Shown piece after piece: positions 30,012-42,480 of a DNA stretch of 64,000 nucleotides. Position numbers and translations under genes: made by a program. The first letter of the stretch is position 1, and the number at the start of each line of letters is the position of its first letter. Source of the stretch: Eledone cirrhosa (Eukaryota); assembly GCA_964016885.1 (NCBI GenBank), contig OZ024747.1, positions 73,346,001 to 73,410,000 of the forward strand. Reading direction: 5' to 3'. The notes beneath the pieces were generated by a model. The model did no database searches, was not told the origin of the DNA, and saw only the letters and a list, made by a program, of their open reading frames with translations.

Positions 30012-30480
30012 TTAAAAACATAAACATAATCCCATAAAAACACAACGCTGTATTTATATAAATTTGTTTTTCTAAACAAAAGTAATCATAGTAACATCTA
30101 TACACACACATCTACAGTTAGAAACATGGTTAATGCACGCATAACACTTTCACAAAGTTACATATTGATAACGTATACAAACTGTGAAGAAACGAAAACA
30201 CTGTAGTGAATTCAGATATACAAATCCTCGTAAACATGGCTTGAAACTGTCACAGCAAATTACACACAACTATAGTTAACAAACTGAGACGAATATACCC
30301 GACATACCCGTAAAACGGCCGCAACATACCATTGGTAAGCACGTTTACAGACATGCGTACATAAATAAATACACCCGATAACGTGCATATATACATTTAC
30401 ACACACACACACACACGCACACTCTCACACACACACTCACACACACACACTCACACACACGTATATATATATATGTGTAC

Positions 30481-30553
<73 letters not shown>

Positions 30554-30607
30554 TATACATACAGACATGCTTTCCTGCATAGGTAGACACTTATATATAC
30601 ACGCACG

Positions 30608-30641
<34 letters not shown>

Positions 30642-30780
30642 CATATACATATAGACACATACATACACACATACATGCATATATACATACATACACACAC
30701 ATACATATATACATATATGTATATATATATATATATATACACACAGACATATATACATATATACATATATACTTATATAT

Positions 30781-30832
<52 letters not shown>

Positions 30833-30979
30833 GATTTCACACGAACCTTTTATTCACTCATTTTTAAAGAATATTTTTGGGGGTTTAGGATTTGTTCTGA
30901 CCTCACAATTTAAGTGCTTGAAACTTAAGAATACAAAATTCCATTTGTTAAAGAAGCCATGTAACAGCAAAAAATGAAA

Positions 30980-31210
30980 AACAACAATAACAACCAACAA
31001 CTACAGCAACAACAACAACAGCAGCAACGACAACAACAACATCACCAACAACAACCAACAACAACAGCAGCAGCAAGGTCAACAACAACAACAACAACAA
31101 CAGTAGCAACAACAACATCGGAAACAACAATAACAACCAACAATAATAATAACAACAACAATAACAATAATACTAATAACAATAATACTAATAATAATAA
31201 CAATAATAAC
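30980..31210. repeat. (CAA)n/(TAA)n microsatellite
   Basis: Direct reading. Confidence 0.9.
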
Positions 31211-31592
31211 GACATTTTTTAGACAGCAACATGAACAGAAACAAGAAAAGAAACCCTGCGTTCCTCTTACAAGAAATAAAATCTAAAAATATAACAACTA
31301 AGAAAAAGCATCAATAAAGTTTGTTATTTTCTGAAGCACAACAGGAAGTTAATTACATGTTTGTGTAGAGATTCTTGCATCACATACACAACTGGTATCG
31401 TATTAGGTTAGGTTCAGATTGTGCTCCGTTTCACTTAAAGTTACTGTTAATAATGTGAAACGCTTTCTTAAACATCTAGACCAATTACTCAAGCATTTAT
31501 AAATCCTGCCAAAAGCGGAAAAAAAAGCGGTACATGGAATCAAGAGAACATCATGGCATACATACATACATACATACATACATACATACATG

Positions 31593-31675
<83 letters not shown>

Positions 31676-31735
31676 GTGTGTATATATATATGTGTATATA
31701 TATATATATGTGTATATATATACACATATATATAT

Positions 31736-31940
31736 ATAGGAACGAGTAGGACCCCGAAGGCTGAGCTCAAGCCGTTTCGACGGCTAATTCTGGACTAAAT
31801 CAGATTTAGTCCAGAATTAGCCGTCGAGCTAATCAGCAGTCGGGGTCCTACTCGTTCCTATTACCCACTCTACTACCCTAAGTATTGAGTACTTTGGTGC
31901 GTTATGGTCCATCTGGTTCCTTACCACATTTCCTTCGTTA
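31736..31940 (+). mobile_element. Fold-back element in (TA)n (family F6, copy 1)
   Basis: Central perfect 22-bp hairpin 31779-31800 / 31804-31825; outer arms ATAGGAACGAGTAGGACCCCGA / TCGGGGTCCTACTCGTTCCTAT; ~78-nt tail; second copy at 35192-35360. Confidence 0.85.
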
Positions 31941-32590
31941 TATATATATATATATATAATGAAGGACTAACTTTATTCATATGTAACCCATTTGCAACCA
32001 CGCAGCACGTTTGTTCTCATATTCACACATATATTTTCCCCCGATGTGACCCGTCTATTTCGTTCTTACTGCTTCCTCTTTCTCTGTATCTTTACCCTCT
32101 CTAACAGTTACTCTCTCTGTTAGCCTCTTCCTCACCCTTCACTCACTCACTCTCTGCTACTACCTCTCCTACTTCCTCCCGTTTGACCTGTGCGTAATTC
32201 GTTTCTCTCGCGCGCTTGGCCAGGCTGGTTCCTCTTTTCTCTCTCTCGTCTACGATTTCACAGAACTTATGTTCACCGATTTCACGGACTGGACTCCTTC
32301 TACCTCCCGTTTGACATGTGCGGAATTCCTTCCTTGCTTACATTTCAACCAGGTTTGATGGTCTTTATTCTCTCTCGTTCACGATTTCATGGAAATCTGG
32401 GACTTGACTCGTTCTTCCTCACTTTTCGTTGCTTTACCATCTTTGTTTGTTTACACTCTCGCTCATTCCCCTTATTTACGTGTCCCAACGACTTTCTTTA
32501 GCCGTTGCTCGTACCAACCGGAGGTATATGGTCTTTAAAGCGATGAAATACCAATGATGGTTGGAAGATCACTGATGAAAGACTAACTTT

Positions 32591-32629
<39 letters not shown>

Positions 32630-32852
32630 TAAACGGAATAGAAAATGCTGACAAATTGTTCACAGTTGAAAAATGGTTTAATTAGGAATAAAAGAGTATT
32701 AGTAATTGTATGGGTTAGTATTCAGTTGTGGTTTTAAGTTTTTAAGTTTTTACCGGTTGCGCATTTCTAAATACTTTTCAAAAATAATTTTGAGATAGAG
32801 TGTCCGTGTTGTTTGCTCTGATCTGATTAGTTTTGGGAATTCTAGCTCTTTT

Positions 32853-33090
32853 TATGTTAAAAAAGTGGCTCCAGCGCTACTTTGGTGTTGCAAAAATTCT
32901 TGTGGTCAAAACAATTTTGATTGGTCGGTAGAGGTCATGTGAATGTAAAACATTGATTTTGCGCCAAGATTGTTTTTATGTTAAAAAAGTGGCTCCAGCG
33001 CTACTTGTGTTTGCAAAAATTCTTGTGGTCAAAACAATTTTGATTGGTCGGTAGAGGTCATGTGAATAAAAAATTGATTTTGCGCCAAGA
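32853..33090. repeat. ~120-bp tandem duplication, probably inside a PLE 3' UTR
   Basis: TTTATGTTAAAAAAGTGGCTCCAGCGCTAC...GCGCCAAGA occurs twice. Confidence 0.85.
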
Positions 33091-33218
33091 CTGAGAAATG
33101 GCTCTTTCACAACAAATATGTGTGTGTGTGTGTGTGTGTTTGTGTGTAGTAGTAGTAGTAAGGTGTTCGATGTTGTGATAATGGTTAGCAGGGATGTGTG
33201 TCAAATGGATATTAAGAT

Positions 33219-33283
<65 letters not shown>

Positions 33284-33628
33284 GCAGAGTAATTCGTGGT
33301 AGCAGGGATGGTCAGTAGGAATGTGTCTGTAAGCAGTGGGGGGGGGGGGGTATTTTAGCAGATCAAAAGATATTTTTCAGCTTTTGTCTTATACGGAGAA
33401 GTGTGTGTGTGTGTGTGTGTGTGTATAAGTCTCTTTGTATGTTAATGTACGCGTGTGTATGTGTGTGTGTATATGTGTGTGTGTGTGAGAATGTATGTGT
33501 GTGTGTGTGGGTGGACCAGTATTTTTTTCCCCCTGGTAAAATGGTGTACATTATTCGATTTTTTCAGTAAAATCGGTTCTCTTAATAGAACATCAAAAAT
33601 CTTAACAATAAAAGGTGTGAAATGATAT

Positions 33629-33668
<40 letters not shown>

Positions 33669-33669
33669 T

Positions 33670-33733
<64 letters not shown>

Positions 33734-33851
33734 TTTTTTTGTGTTGCAACATAGAGCATGTGTGTTTACGTATGTCATTGTGTTTATATGTGGGTAGAGA
33801 TGTGTGCTGATGTAGGTATGTATGTTGACGTGTGTATGTTGTGGGTTAGTC

Positions 33852-34298
33852 TTAGGGAGAAGTGTTTAGACGGGGTCCGTATTTGTTAATGAAGTAAGAT
33901 TCCTTGCTGATGCGCTGGGTGTGGGTGACATTATCTTTAAATTTGAAGAGGGGAAAGATTCTGAAGTTGGGATGATTTTGGGCGGCACAGGTATCAATGT
34001 GTTCACTCAGTGGAATTTTCCTGTATTCCCGTATTTTAATTTGGGATCTATGGACAGTCATGCGTTGGCGGAGGCTGTTTTTGGTCTGGCCTATGTATTG
34101 TTCTCGACAACCTGAGCAAGTTAATACATATATTAGATTTTCCGATGCACATGTGAAATTGTGTTTTACTATAAAACGTTGTCCTTCTTTGAAATAGAAT
34201 TCCGAACCCTCTATTAGGTTGATGCAAATGCCACAGTTGGGTCTATCGCATTTTTTTACTGTGGGTTTCGTTGTTGTGGTTGGCAGTACTTTGGCATG
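33852..34298 (-). pseudogene. PLE GIY-YIG endonuclease with Cys-rich linker (Neptune-like), 5'-truncated
   Basis: Open frame extends upstream of the listed ORF: VKKCDRPNCGICINL...FTCASENLIYVLTCSGCREQYIGQTKNSLRQRMTVHRSQI...KESYFINKYGPRLN; 3' UTR probably runs to ~32626, with a decayed HHR near 32742-32785. Confidence 0.88.
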
Positions 34299-34299
34299 T

Positions 34300-34412
34300 G
34301 TTCAAATCCCGCCAAGGTTAAATTTGCTTTTCATCCTTACGGGGTCGATAAAATAAAGTACCAGTAATGCACTGGGTAATTGCTGGCCTTGTGCCTAACG
34401 TAGAAACAATTA
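34300..34412 (+). mobile_element. SINE family B, 5'-truncated
   Basis: GTTCAAATCC B box then TTTCATCCTTACGGGGTCGATAAAATAAAGTACCAG. Confidence 0.85.
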
Positions 34413-34760
34413 TATATTGAACTGTTGTTCCAAACACAATAACACATGCATGCACGATAATATGTACACAAAGTTACACAGACTAACGGTCATCTATTTA
34501 TATATTTAAGGTGACCAAACCGTCTAGATCTATAGAATGGGAATTAATATAATTTATATATACATATTCGCTCACACAAACACAATTTATGGAGATGGGC
34601 ATCACAGGATCTTCAAACCTAAGGTAACCCTTCCTTGATCTGCGTATGAACATAAATAATGTATCAGCTCTTTTACTCTAAATCGAACACTGTTTTCCTT
34701 CTCTATTTTCCCATCCAAGTAAACCTTTTGCTACCTATGTATATATATACCCCACCTCCC

Positions 34761-34788
<28 letters not shown>

Positions 34789-34791
<3 letters not shown>

Positions 34792-35176
34792 ATATTAATA
34801 AATGGAAACTATATTTATAAAACCATAATTATTTTATTATATACATTTCAAGGGCAACCAAGGCAAATTATGGTGCGCTTTCATCAGATAAAATACAGAT
34901 TTATTTTATAAATAAATATTGACATGTCCGGAAAAAGACAACCTCAACGGTTGAAGCTTCCTGGATAGTCTATCTACGAAGCTTCAACCGTAAAAGCGCA
35001 CATAATTTGCTTTGGTTGCCCTTGAAATATATATTATAAAATAATTATGGTTTTATAAATATAGTTTCCATTTATTAATATATTAAATATTTACTCCACC
35101 TCTGTTGAGTGCTTTATATCAGTTATAAACATTTTTAAGCTTGTTGAATCCCAACAAATTAAATATAACCACTGCA
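34789..35176. mobile_element. Fold-back element (family F5, copy 2)
   Basis: Left arm from 34789, turnaround hairpin 34947-34991, right arm 34992-35085, tail to 35176; (TA)n on both sides. Confidence 0.85.
34832..34893 (-). ncRNA. Type I hammerhead ribozyme motif
   Basis: UUUUAU-CUGAUGA-AAGCGCACCA...UGGUUGCCCUU-GAAA-UGUAU-AUA-AUAAAA. Confidence 0.78.
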
Positions 35177-35191
35177 TATATATATATATAT

Positions 35192-35360
35192 ATAGGAAAA
35201 GAGTCAGGACCCCGACGGGAGAGCTCAAGCGGTTTCGACGGCTGCCTTGAGCTCTGCCGCTGGGGTACTCTTTTTCTATTACCCACTCTACTACCCAAAG
35301 TATCGAGTACTCTGGTTTGTTATGGTCCACCTTGTTTCTTACCACACTTCCTTCATTATA
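35192..35360 (+). mobile_element. Fold-back element (family F6, copy 2)
   Basis: Same tail as 31861-31940 (TTACCCACTCTACTACCC...GAGTACT...CTTACCACA); shorter turnaround. Confidence 0.8.
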
Positions 35361-35519
35361 TATATAATTTCTGACGCCGAAATTTGTTTGTTCTAGCTCA
35401 TATGATTCCAGTTCCTCGGAGGACTAACAACAGACCCAGGAGCTGGACATATCGATGTATTGACAGAGTGGAACACACTTCAACAACATGTGTACCTGTC
35501 TTTTCCACACCAATTCGAA

Positions 35520-35572
35520 CTGCCTGAAGAGGTCACAGCCAATAATAGCTGTCACCGAAATATATATTGCAG
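35520..35572 (+). ncRNA. Type I hammerhead ribozyme motif in a solo PLE-like end
   Basis: CUGC-CUGAAGA-GGUCACAGC caauaaua GCUGUCACC-GAAA-UAUAU-AUU-GCAG, then an AT-rich end and long (TA)n. Confidence 0.8.
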
Positions 35573-35631
35573 AAAATTTATAATTTATAATTTTTATATA
35601 TATTTTTTTATATATATATATATATATATAT

Positions 35632-35754
<123 letters not shown>

Positions 35755-36080
35755 ATATGGCATGGGATCAATATTGTAAATCCCAGATACCGATTGATTT
35801 AAGCCAAATGTCTGACCTTCCGTAATCCGTGTAATATATCATTGAACATCTCTTTTCACCTATTAACCTAGACAAACAATAATAATAATAATAACCTGCT
35901 GCCAGTCGTTACAGCTACAAGAACTAAGGAACATAGAAACCAAACACTTTTTGCACATAAAAAATAACACACAGAAACATCAGGATTAGTTGATGTGTTT
36001 ATTTATATCTATATAATGTTTCTTGATTGAAAATTACACCTGTTTTCTGTCTTTGTTGATCTCCGAAACATAAATTTGTA

Positions 36081-36933
36081 TATACATGTACCTAGCTCCT
36101 GCCTTATTGTTTGTGTGATATACTGGTGTATTAGGTTACATACATGTACGTAGATATGTCTTATTGTTTGTGTGGTATACTGGTGTATTAGGTTACATAC
36201 ATGTACCTAGCTCTTGCCTTATTGTTTGTGTGGTATACTGGTGTATTAGATTACATACACGTACCTCGCTCTTGCCTTATTGTTTGTGTGGTATACTGGT
36301 GTATTAGGTTACATACATGTACGTAGATATGTCATATTGTTTGTGTGGTATACTGGTGTATTAGGTTACATACATGTACGTAGATATGTCATATTGTTTG
36401 TGTGGTATACTGGTGTATTAGGTTACATACATGTACGTAGATATGTCATATTGTTTGTGTGGTATACTGGTGTATTAGGTTACATACATGTACGTAGATA
36501 TGTCATATTGTTTGTGTGGTATACTGGTGTATTAGGTTACATACATGTACGTAGATCTGTGATATTGATTGTGTGGTATACTGGTGTATTAGGTTACATA
36601 TATGTACCTACTTCTGCCTTATTGTTTGTGTGGTATACTGGTGTATTAGATTACATACATGTACGTAGGTCTGCCCTATTATTTGTGTGGTATACTGGTG
36701 TATTTGATTACAGACATGTACGTAGGTCTGCCCTATTATTTGTGCGGTATACTGGTGTATTTGATTACAGACATGTACCTATGTCTGCCCTATTATTTGT
36801 GTGGTATACTGGTGTATTAGATTACATATATGTACCTACTTCTGCCCTATTGTTTGTGTGGTATACTGGTGTATTTGATTACAGACATGTACGTAGGTCT
36901 GCCCTATTATTTGTGTGGTATACTGGTGTATTA
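36081..36933. repeat. 57-bp minisatellite, about 15 copies
   Basis: Unit TATTGTTTGTGTGGTATACTGGTGTATTAGGTTACATACATGTACGTAGATATGTCA; explains ORF 36280-36951. Confidence 0.95.
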
Positions 36934-37425
36934 TACGCAAAAAACAACTAGGTTATACATAGATTTGTATTTTACTGTCCATATATGTATATGAAAAGGC
37001 AAAACGAAATTGTAGGGACAATGTTGTTGTTTAACCTATGCAAGTGAGGGAAAACTGACGTAAAAATGATGATGATGATAGTAATTTTGATGGCGATAAT
37101 GATAAAGATGGTGATGATGATGATGATGAAGCTGAAGATGATTATGATGATGATAATGATGATGATGATGATGATGATAATGATGATGATATTGATGAGG
37201 ATTGATCCTTCTTTTGATTAAGACTTCTCCGCTAAGTTATCAAAACGGAAAGAAAAGCAATCAATACATCCAGCTTATCATTACAGTTGTCTTAGATATA
37301 TATCAAACTATGATCTTAATAAGTATTTTCCAACCGATGCAACAAACAAATCCCACAATATACAAATAATAATAGTAATAATAATGGTTCCATATAAATA
37401 AAATTATATATATATATATAGAGAG

Positions 37426-37468
37426 AGATTTTTTTCCGTATGTCGTTAACAGTCTGTTGACAGACATT

Positions 37469-37505
<37 letters not shown>

Positions 37506-37600
37506 ATATGTCTGTCAACAGACTGTTAACGACATACGGAAAAAAATCTATTTTCTGTTCTGTTTGTAACCTTTCTAATTAATGAATCTCAATACTTCAA
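37426..37600 (+). mobile_element. Fold-back element with a (TA)n(TG)n loop (family F7)
   Basis: Perfect 42-bp arms 37426-37467 / 37508-37549; unique sequence continues only on the right. Confidence 0.7.
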
Positions 37601-38009
37601 CATTTGAATTTTCCAGTAATAACAATCACCCATTTAACAACCTCCAACATAATTCATTTAATGATGGAAACATAGACAGACTGTTATGGCGGCCTAAACA
37701 CAAATTTACACATACACAGGCATGGAATGAAAATTGGCAATACCACCAACACCGCAACCATGTGTGTTTGTAAGTATGTATGTCTATACACACACACACA
37801 CACATACATACACACACACACCCACACACATATATATATACTTTTCAAAATAGAGGGCGCAGGACAAGACAATGAACAAGTGGACGGAAATCATTACGGT
37901 TTCGGTTAATCTGGGTTGATACCATTTATGCCAGTGAACATGGGGAGATAAAAAATAGAGTGCGCCAAAGTTTATACACTTACATACACACATATACATA
38001 TATGTATAT

Positions 38010-38294
38010 ATATTTCGTATCTCCAAAGAAAGACGGTTTTAGGAAGCCGTAGCTATGCAAACACCGGGGGCTAACGCCCTCTGGTGATGTCCAGCAGAAG
38101 GTGGGAGGGACTGTCCTGATGATGGCCAGTTAAGCATAGACGGTTGTCCCCCTTGCTTCTGCTGGACATCACCAGAGGGCGTTAGCCCCCGGTGTTTGCA
38201 TAGCTACGGCTTCCTAAAACCGTCTTTCTTTGGAGATACGAAATATTTATACAAATTGTATAAAGCTATGCTTGAAGCGAAATCCTATTTCTCA
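38010..38294 (+). mobile_element. Fold-back element with a partly deleted HHR in its loop (family F8)
   Basis: Perfect ~91-bp arms 38010-38100 / 38156-38246; loop GGGACUGUC-CUGAUGA-UGGCC...GCAUA-GACGGUUGUCCC; 48-nt tail. Confidence 0.88.
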
Positions 38295-38326
38295 TATATG
38301 TATATATTTATATGTGTATGTATGTA

Positions 38327-38436
<110 letters not shown>

Positions 38437-38569
38437 TGTATTATTGCTGAGGCTGGGTGGGTGACGATGATCACAGCAAGAAGTTTGTTGCGAAGTTCGG
38501 TGTTGATGTTTAAAAGTCCTATATTTATACACCAGTGTAACACACACACACACTAACCCCCCCCTACAC

Positions 38570-38654
<85 letters not shown>

Positions 38655-39265
38655 CACAAGTGTGTGTAAGTGTGTATATACATATTGTTTACGTAGATTT
38701 ACTGCAGTGAAGTCTGAGATAAATTGATGTTTGTATGAAATCTGGAATTGAAATCAATGCTTTGTATCATGATGGCGGTGATAATTGGAAAATCGAAGTG
38801 ATCTGTTCGGCTATTTTATTTTTCTACTTAGGTTTTGAAATGATTTATAGGAATATATGCAGCTTTGTTAGTAAGATAGGATTTGTATAAATATTAATGG
38901 TATATCTCCATATCTTGCTACAGACGAATCGAATTAAAATAAAATATAGAATGGTAGTCTGTTTAAGTACACATAGAATTATGGAATGTCGCACTGTCTA
39001 ATATTACGTTGCCTAGACTCCCTCTCTCTTGCTTCTTTCCAACAGAAACACACATTTCAATATTGACGTAAAAGGCTATGAAACGGAGTATTTCTTGAAA
39101 TTGTGATCCTCCAAGTTATTTGTGTCCTAACAATCTATCATTTCACTTCAGTAATATGAGATAGATAGAGAGATAGAGAGAATGATAAAAGAGGGGCGTA
39201 TAGAGAAAGAGAAAGAAAGGACGGAAGATAGATAGGTACATAGAAAGATAGGTAGAGATAGACAG

Positions 39266-39297
<32 letters not shown>

Positions 39298-39459
39298 GGA
39301 GATAAGAGAGTAAGAGAGGGGATATAGAGAAAGAGAAAGAAAGAAGGGACGGAAGATAGATAGATATAGGGAGAGAAGTAGAGAGAGAAAGACAGAGAGA
39401 AGAGAGAGATGATCAGACTTCACAAAGAAGTTAATTTATGTAACATAAAATAATGGTTT

Positions 39460-39650
39460 CTTATATAGGCACAAGGCCAATAATTTGGGGGGAGGGAAAA
39501 GTCGATTAAACTTTATTTTATCGACCCCATAAGGATGAAAGGCAAAGTTAATCTCGGCGGGATTTGAGCTCAGATCATAAAGAGCCGTAACTCTATGTTG
39601 CAAAGCATGGCGTCTGACCCTCTACCGATACTGCCAATCCACCACCCTCA
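39460..39650 (-). mobile_element. SINE family B, near full length
   Basis: tRNA-like head and CCTTTCATCCTTATGGGGTCGATAAAAT core on the minus strand. Confidence 0.85.
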
Positions 39651-39669
39651 TGTAACATGAAATAATTTT

Positions 39670-39852
39670 TTTTTCTACTTTAGACACAAGGCCAGCAATT
39701 ACCCAGTACATTACTGGTACTTTATTTTATCGACCCCGTAAGGATGAAAGGCAAAGTTAACCTCGGCCGGCTTTGAACTCAGATCGTAAAGGGGCGTAAC
39801 TATGCTGGAAAGCATGTCCGACCCTCTACCGATACTGCCAATTCACCGCCCC
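39670..39852 (-). mobile_element. SINE family B, adjacent second copy
   Basis: Same motifs; both copies are followed by CATGTAACATGAAATAAT. Confidence 0.85.
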
Positions 39853-40842
39853 ATGTAACATGAAATAATGATATCGAGACATTAAACTGAAACACACCTC
39901 CATAGCAAAAATACAATATGTGCCTGTCTCTGTTTATCATACTCCTGCCTTTTCTATCTTTCTCTGTCAAACTCAGGTTATCTTCCTACGTACGTTTATA
40001 TATATATATATCGAGAGTCTGCAGTACAAGGACCGAGGAGACCACAAATTAGTAGTACACGATGCACGATTTTGTGTGTATTCATGTGTTTCGGAGACGG
40101 TGTGTGGTTCGTGCTAATATACTCGTACCACAGTGTAGATCTACACTAGAATATGTATATGTTTCAGTGTGTAAGACAAATGCCTGTTCGTTACTTTTGC
40201 ACTTGAGTTCTATTATTGAACATTTAGCTTCAATTAACCATTAAAGCCCCTCCACAAAATTCCGACATATTTCCTCTATGACAACAAACCAAGTGCCAAT
40301 CCAAAGAACACAGAACGTCATCACAGCATTCCTCAGATTCCTCTCACATTCCTGCTCATTGCTTGTCTTATTGTCTTCCTCCATTTCTCTAGATCTTTCG
40401 TTCCTTTCCTTGGATGAATTGCTTCAATTGCTTCGTTGTTGAGTGTTTTTCTAGGATTCTGTTATTTCTATATTTGAAGTAATATACATTATATAGTCCT
40501 TCTTTAACATGCATTGTTATTCAGGTCTTACATCATAGTGACAGATATTACAAAACGTTTCGACGCACTCACATTTACGCACACACTCACACAGACACAC
40601 ACACATCTATATACATACCTAACGCATAAATACATAAATGCAGATGTATACTACATATACGAGAACATTTTACTCACACACACACACGAATACAAATATA
40701 ACATGCGTACACACACGCATATAACTATGCAGCAAAATACATATATATAAATACACTCACACATACACACACACACATGTACACACACGCACATACACAT
40801 ACACACGCACACAAGCACACATTTACACGCACACACACATGT

Positions 40843-40917
<75 letters not shown>

Positions 40918-41399
40918 CGCACATATATATATATATATGTGATATATTAGTAACTGAAGTTTCATGATTTGTAGATATGATTATCATGTGAGCGATTATT
41001 CAAATGATTCCTATAAATAAACGCTAGCGTGAAATTCAAAGTTGCTATTCAAGTTGGGACAACTAATGAAATATACACACTGTTTTAAATATGGAATACA
41101 TTTATTCCTAATTTTCTTGAAATTGCCTCCCCTTCTCTTTTAGAGTTGCTAACAATTTCCGCTAGATATTTGTTCACATTCTCTGTCTGCTACTGGCGCA
41201 TTTAAGATTTATTCTCATAGCTTTCTTTCGTTTTAATTATGCAAATTAACCTTCCACGTGAATGTTCCCAAATCTAGGAGCCAAAATGTTTAAATATGTT
41301 CGGAAGTAAGTAAAGACAATATATTTTATATTGATGCAGAAAGACTTATCCAAGACTGTCCCTTATCTCGGCGAGTTAATTCATTGGGAATCCAGACAT

Positions 41400-42480
41400 G
41401 ATCGGATTTCTCCTGTTTAACTTCTCCAAATATTGATCTGCCCTTCAATAATATATATCCAGAATCCAAATCTATAATTACAAAATGCTATGAATTTAAA
41501 CCTACCTTCATTGCGTCTGTACCATAAGAGTGATGGGAATAGTCAGAGATGATGAGATGAGTTCTATTGGTGAGCACAAATACATATTGATAGTAACAAC
41601 AAAAACAGGGTTAGTTGTTGACTTTTCCGAAACTAGTATTACAATCACCAACTTATATATTTACCTATTGCCCAACTTCGGCGTTAATATAATAATGTGG
41701 ATATACGTAGAGCTCAACACTATGTTGCAACGATTTTCGAAAATAGGTATTTGCCGCCTTCGAAGCAGATCGTCGATTGCTACCAAGTCCAACGTGTTCG
41801 TGTGAGATATATACAGACAATGCTCTGTGCTTGGAACGACCTATATACGATATCATTTATGAATACGTGTTGGATGACAACTACGCCTATTTTGAGGCCG
41901 TTATATATAGCAAGAATGTACATGAATCTAATAGAAATTCATCTAAATGCTTAAAGGTTGCTCATAAATATAATATGACACTGAATAAAGATTAATGTAA
42001 ATTTCTAACTCATTAATTTATCACTTAACCATGATGAATTATATCCTCACATTTTACATTTAACTCTACTTCACGAAATGTCTATTCCTCTTAATGAACA
42101 ATCGTTAACTCGTATGATAAGTCTGTTTGCTTTCAATTTCAGATAGGTCCTTCCCTTCTCCGAAAAAAAAATGTTTCCTAATAAGTGTTTAATTTCCGTT
42201 ATCAGAGAAAGCTGGAGGCCTTCAGACAAACATATGCAATTTACTACTGAATCGGACGACACTGAGGCAGACATCACAGCTACTATTAAAGAAAATAGTA
42301 GGCCTGTAGCATCCTTTTTCTCAGACACTATATTTTGCAACGAATATATCATTTCGCGTTACAAAAGGTGGCACTAGGGGCTGTAAAAAATGCGGTAAAC
42401 AAAACTGTCTCTGTTTATACAGTGACTACTTAGAAATTTGTAGCTTTTATGTTCGATTTAAAACACAAAAGTAAGCTTTT
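41400..42480 (+). pseudogene. Highly decayed Ty3/Gypsy pol relic (RT-RNase H)
   Basis: Remnants in pol order: LVVDFSET...YLLPN; AAFEAD; LKVAHKYNMTLNKD*CKF; TESDDTEADITATIKENSRPVASF; VAFMFDLKHKSK. Confidence 0.72.

Noticed and set aside
36081-36933. CRISPR-like array or 223-aa repeat protein
   Set aside because: Plain 57-bp minisatellite: the variable parts are short, related to one another and not unique spacers; no cas genes; eukaryotic context
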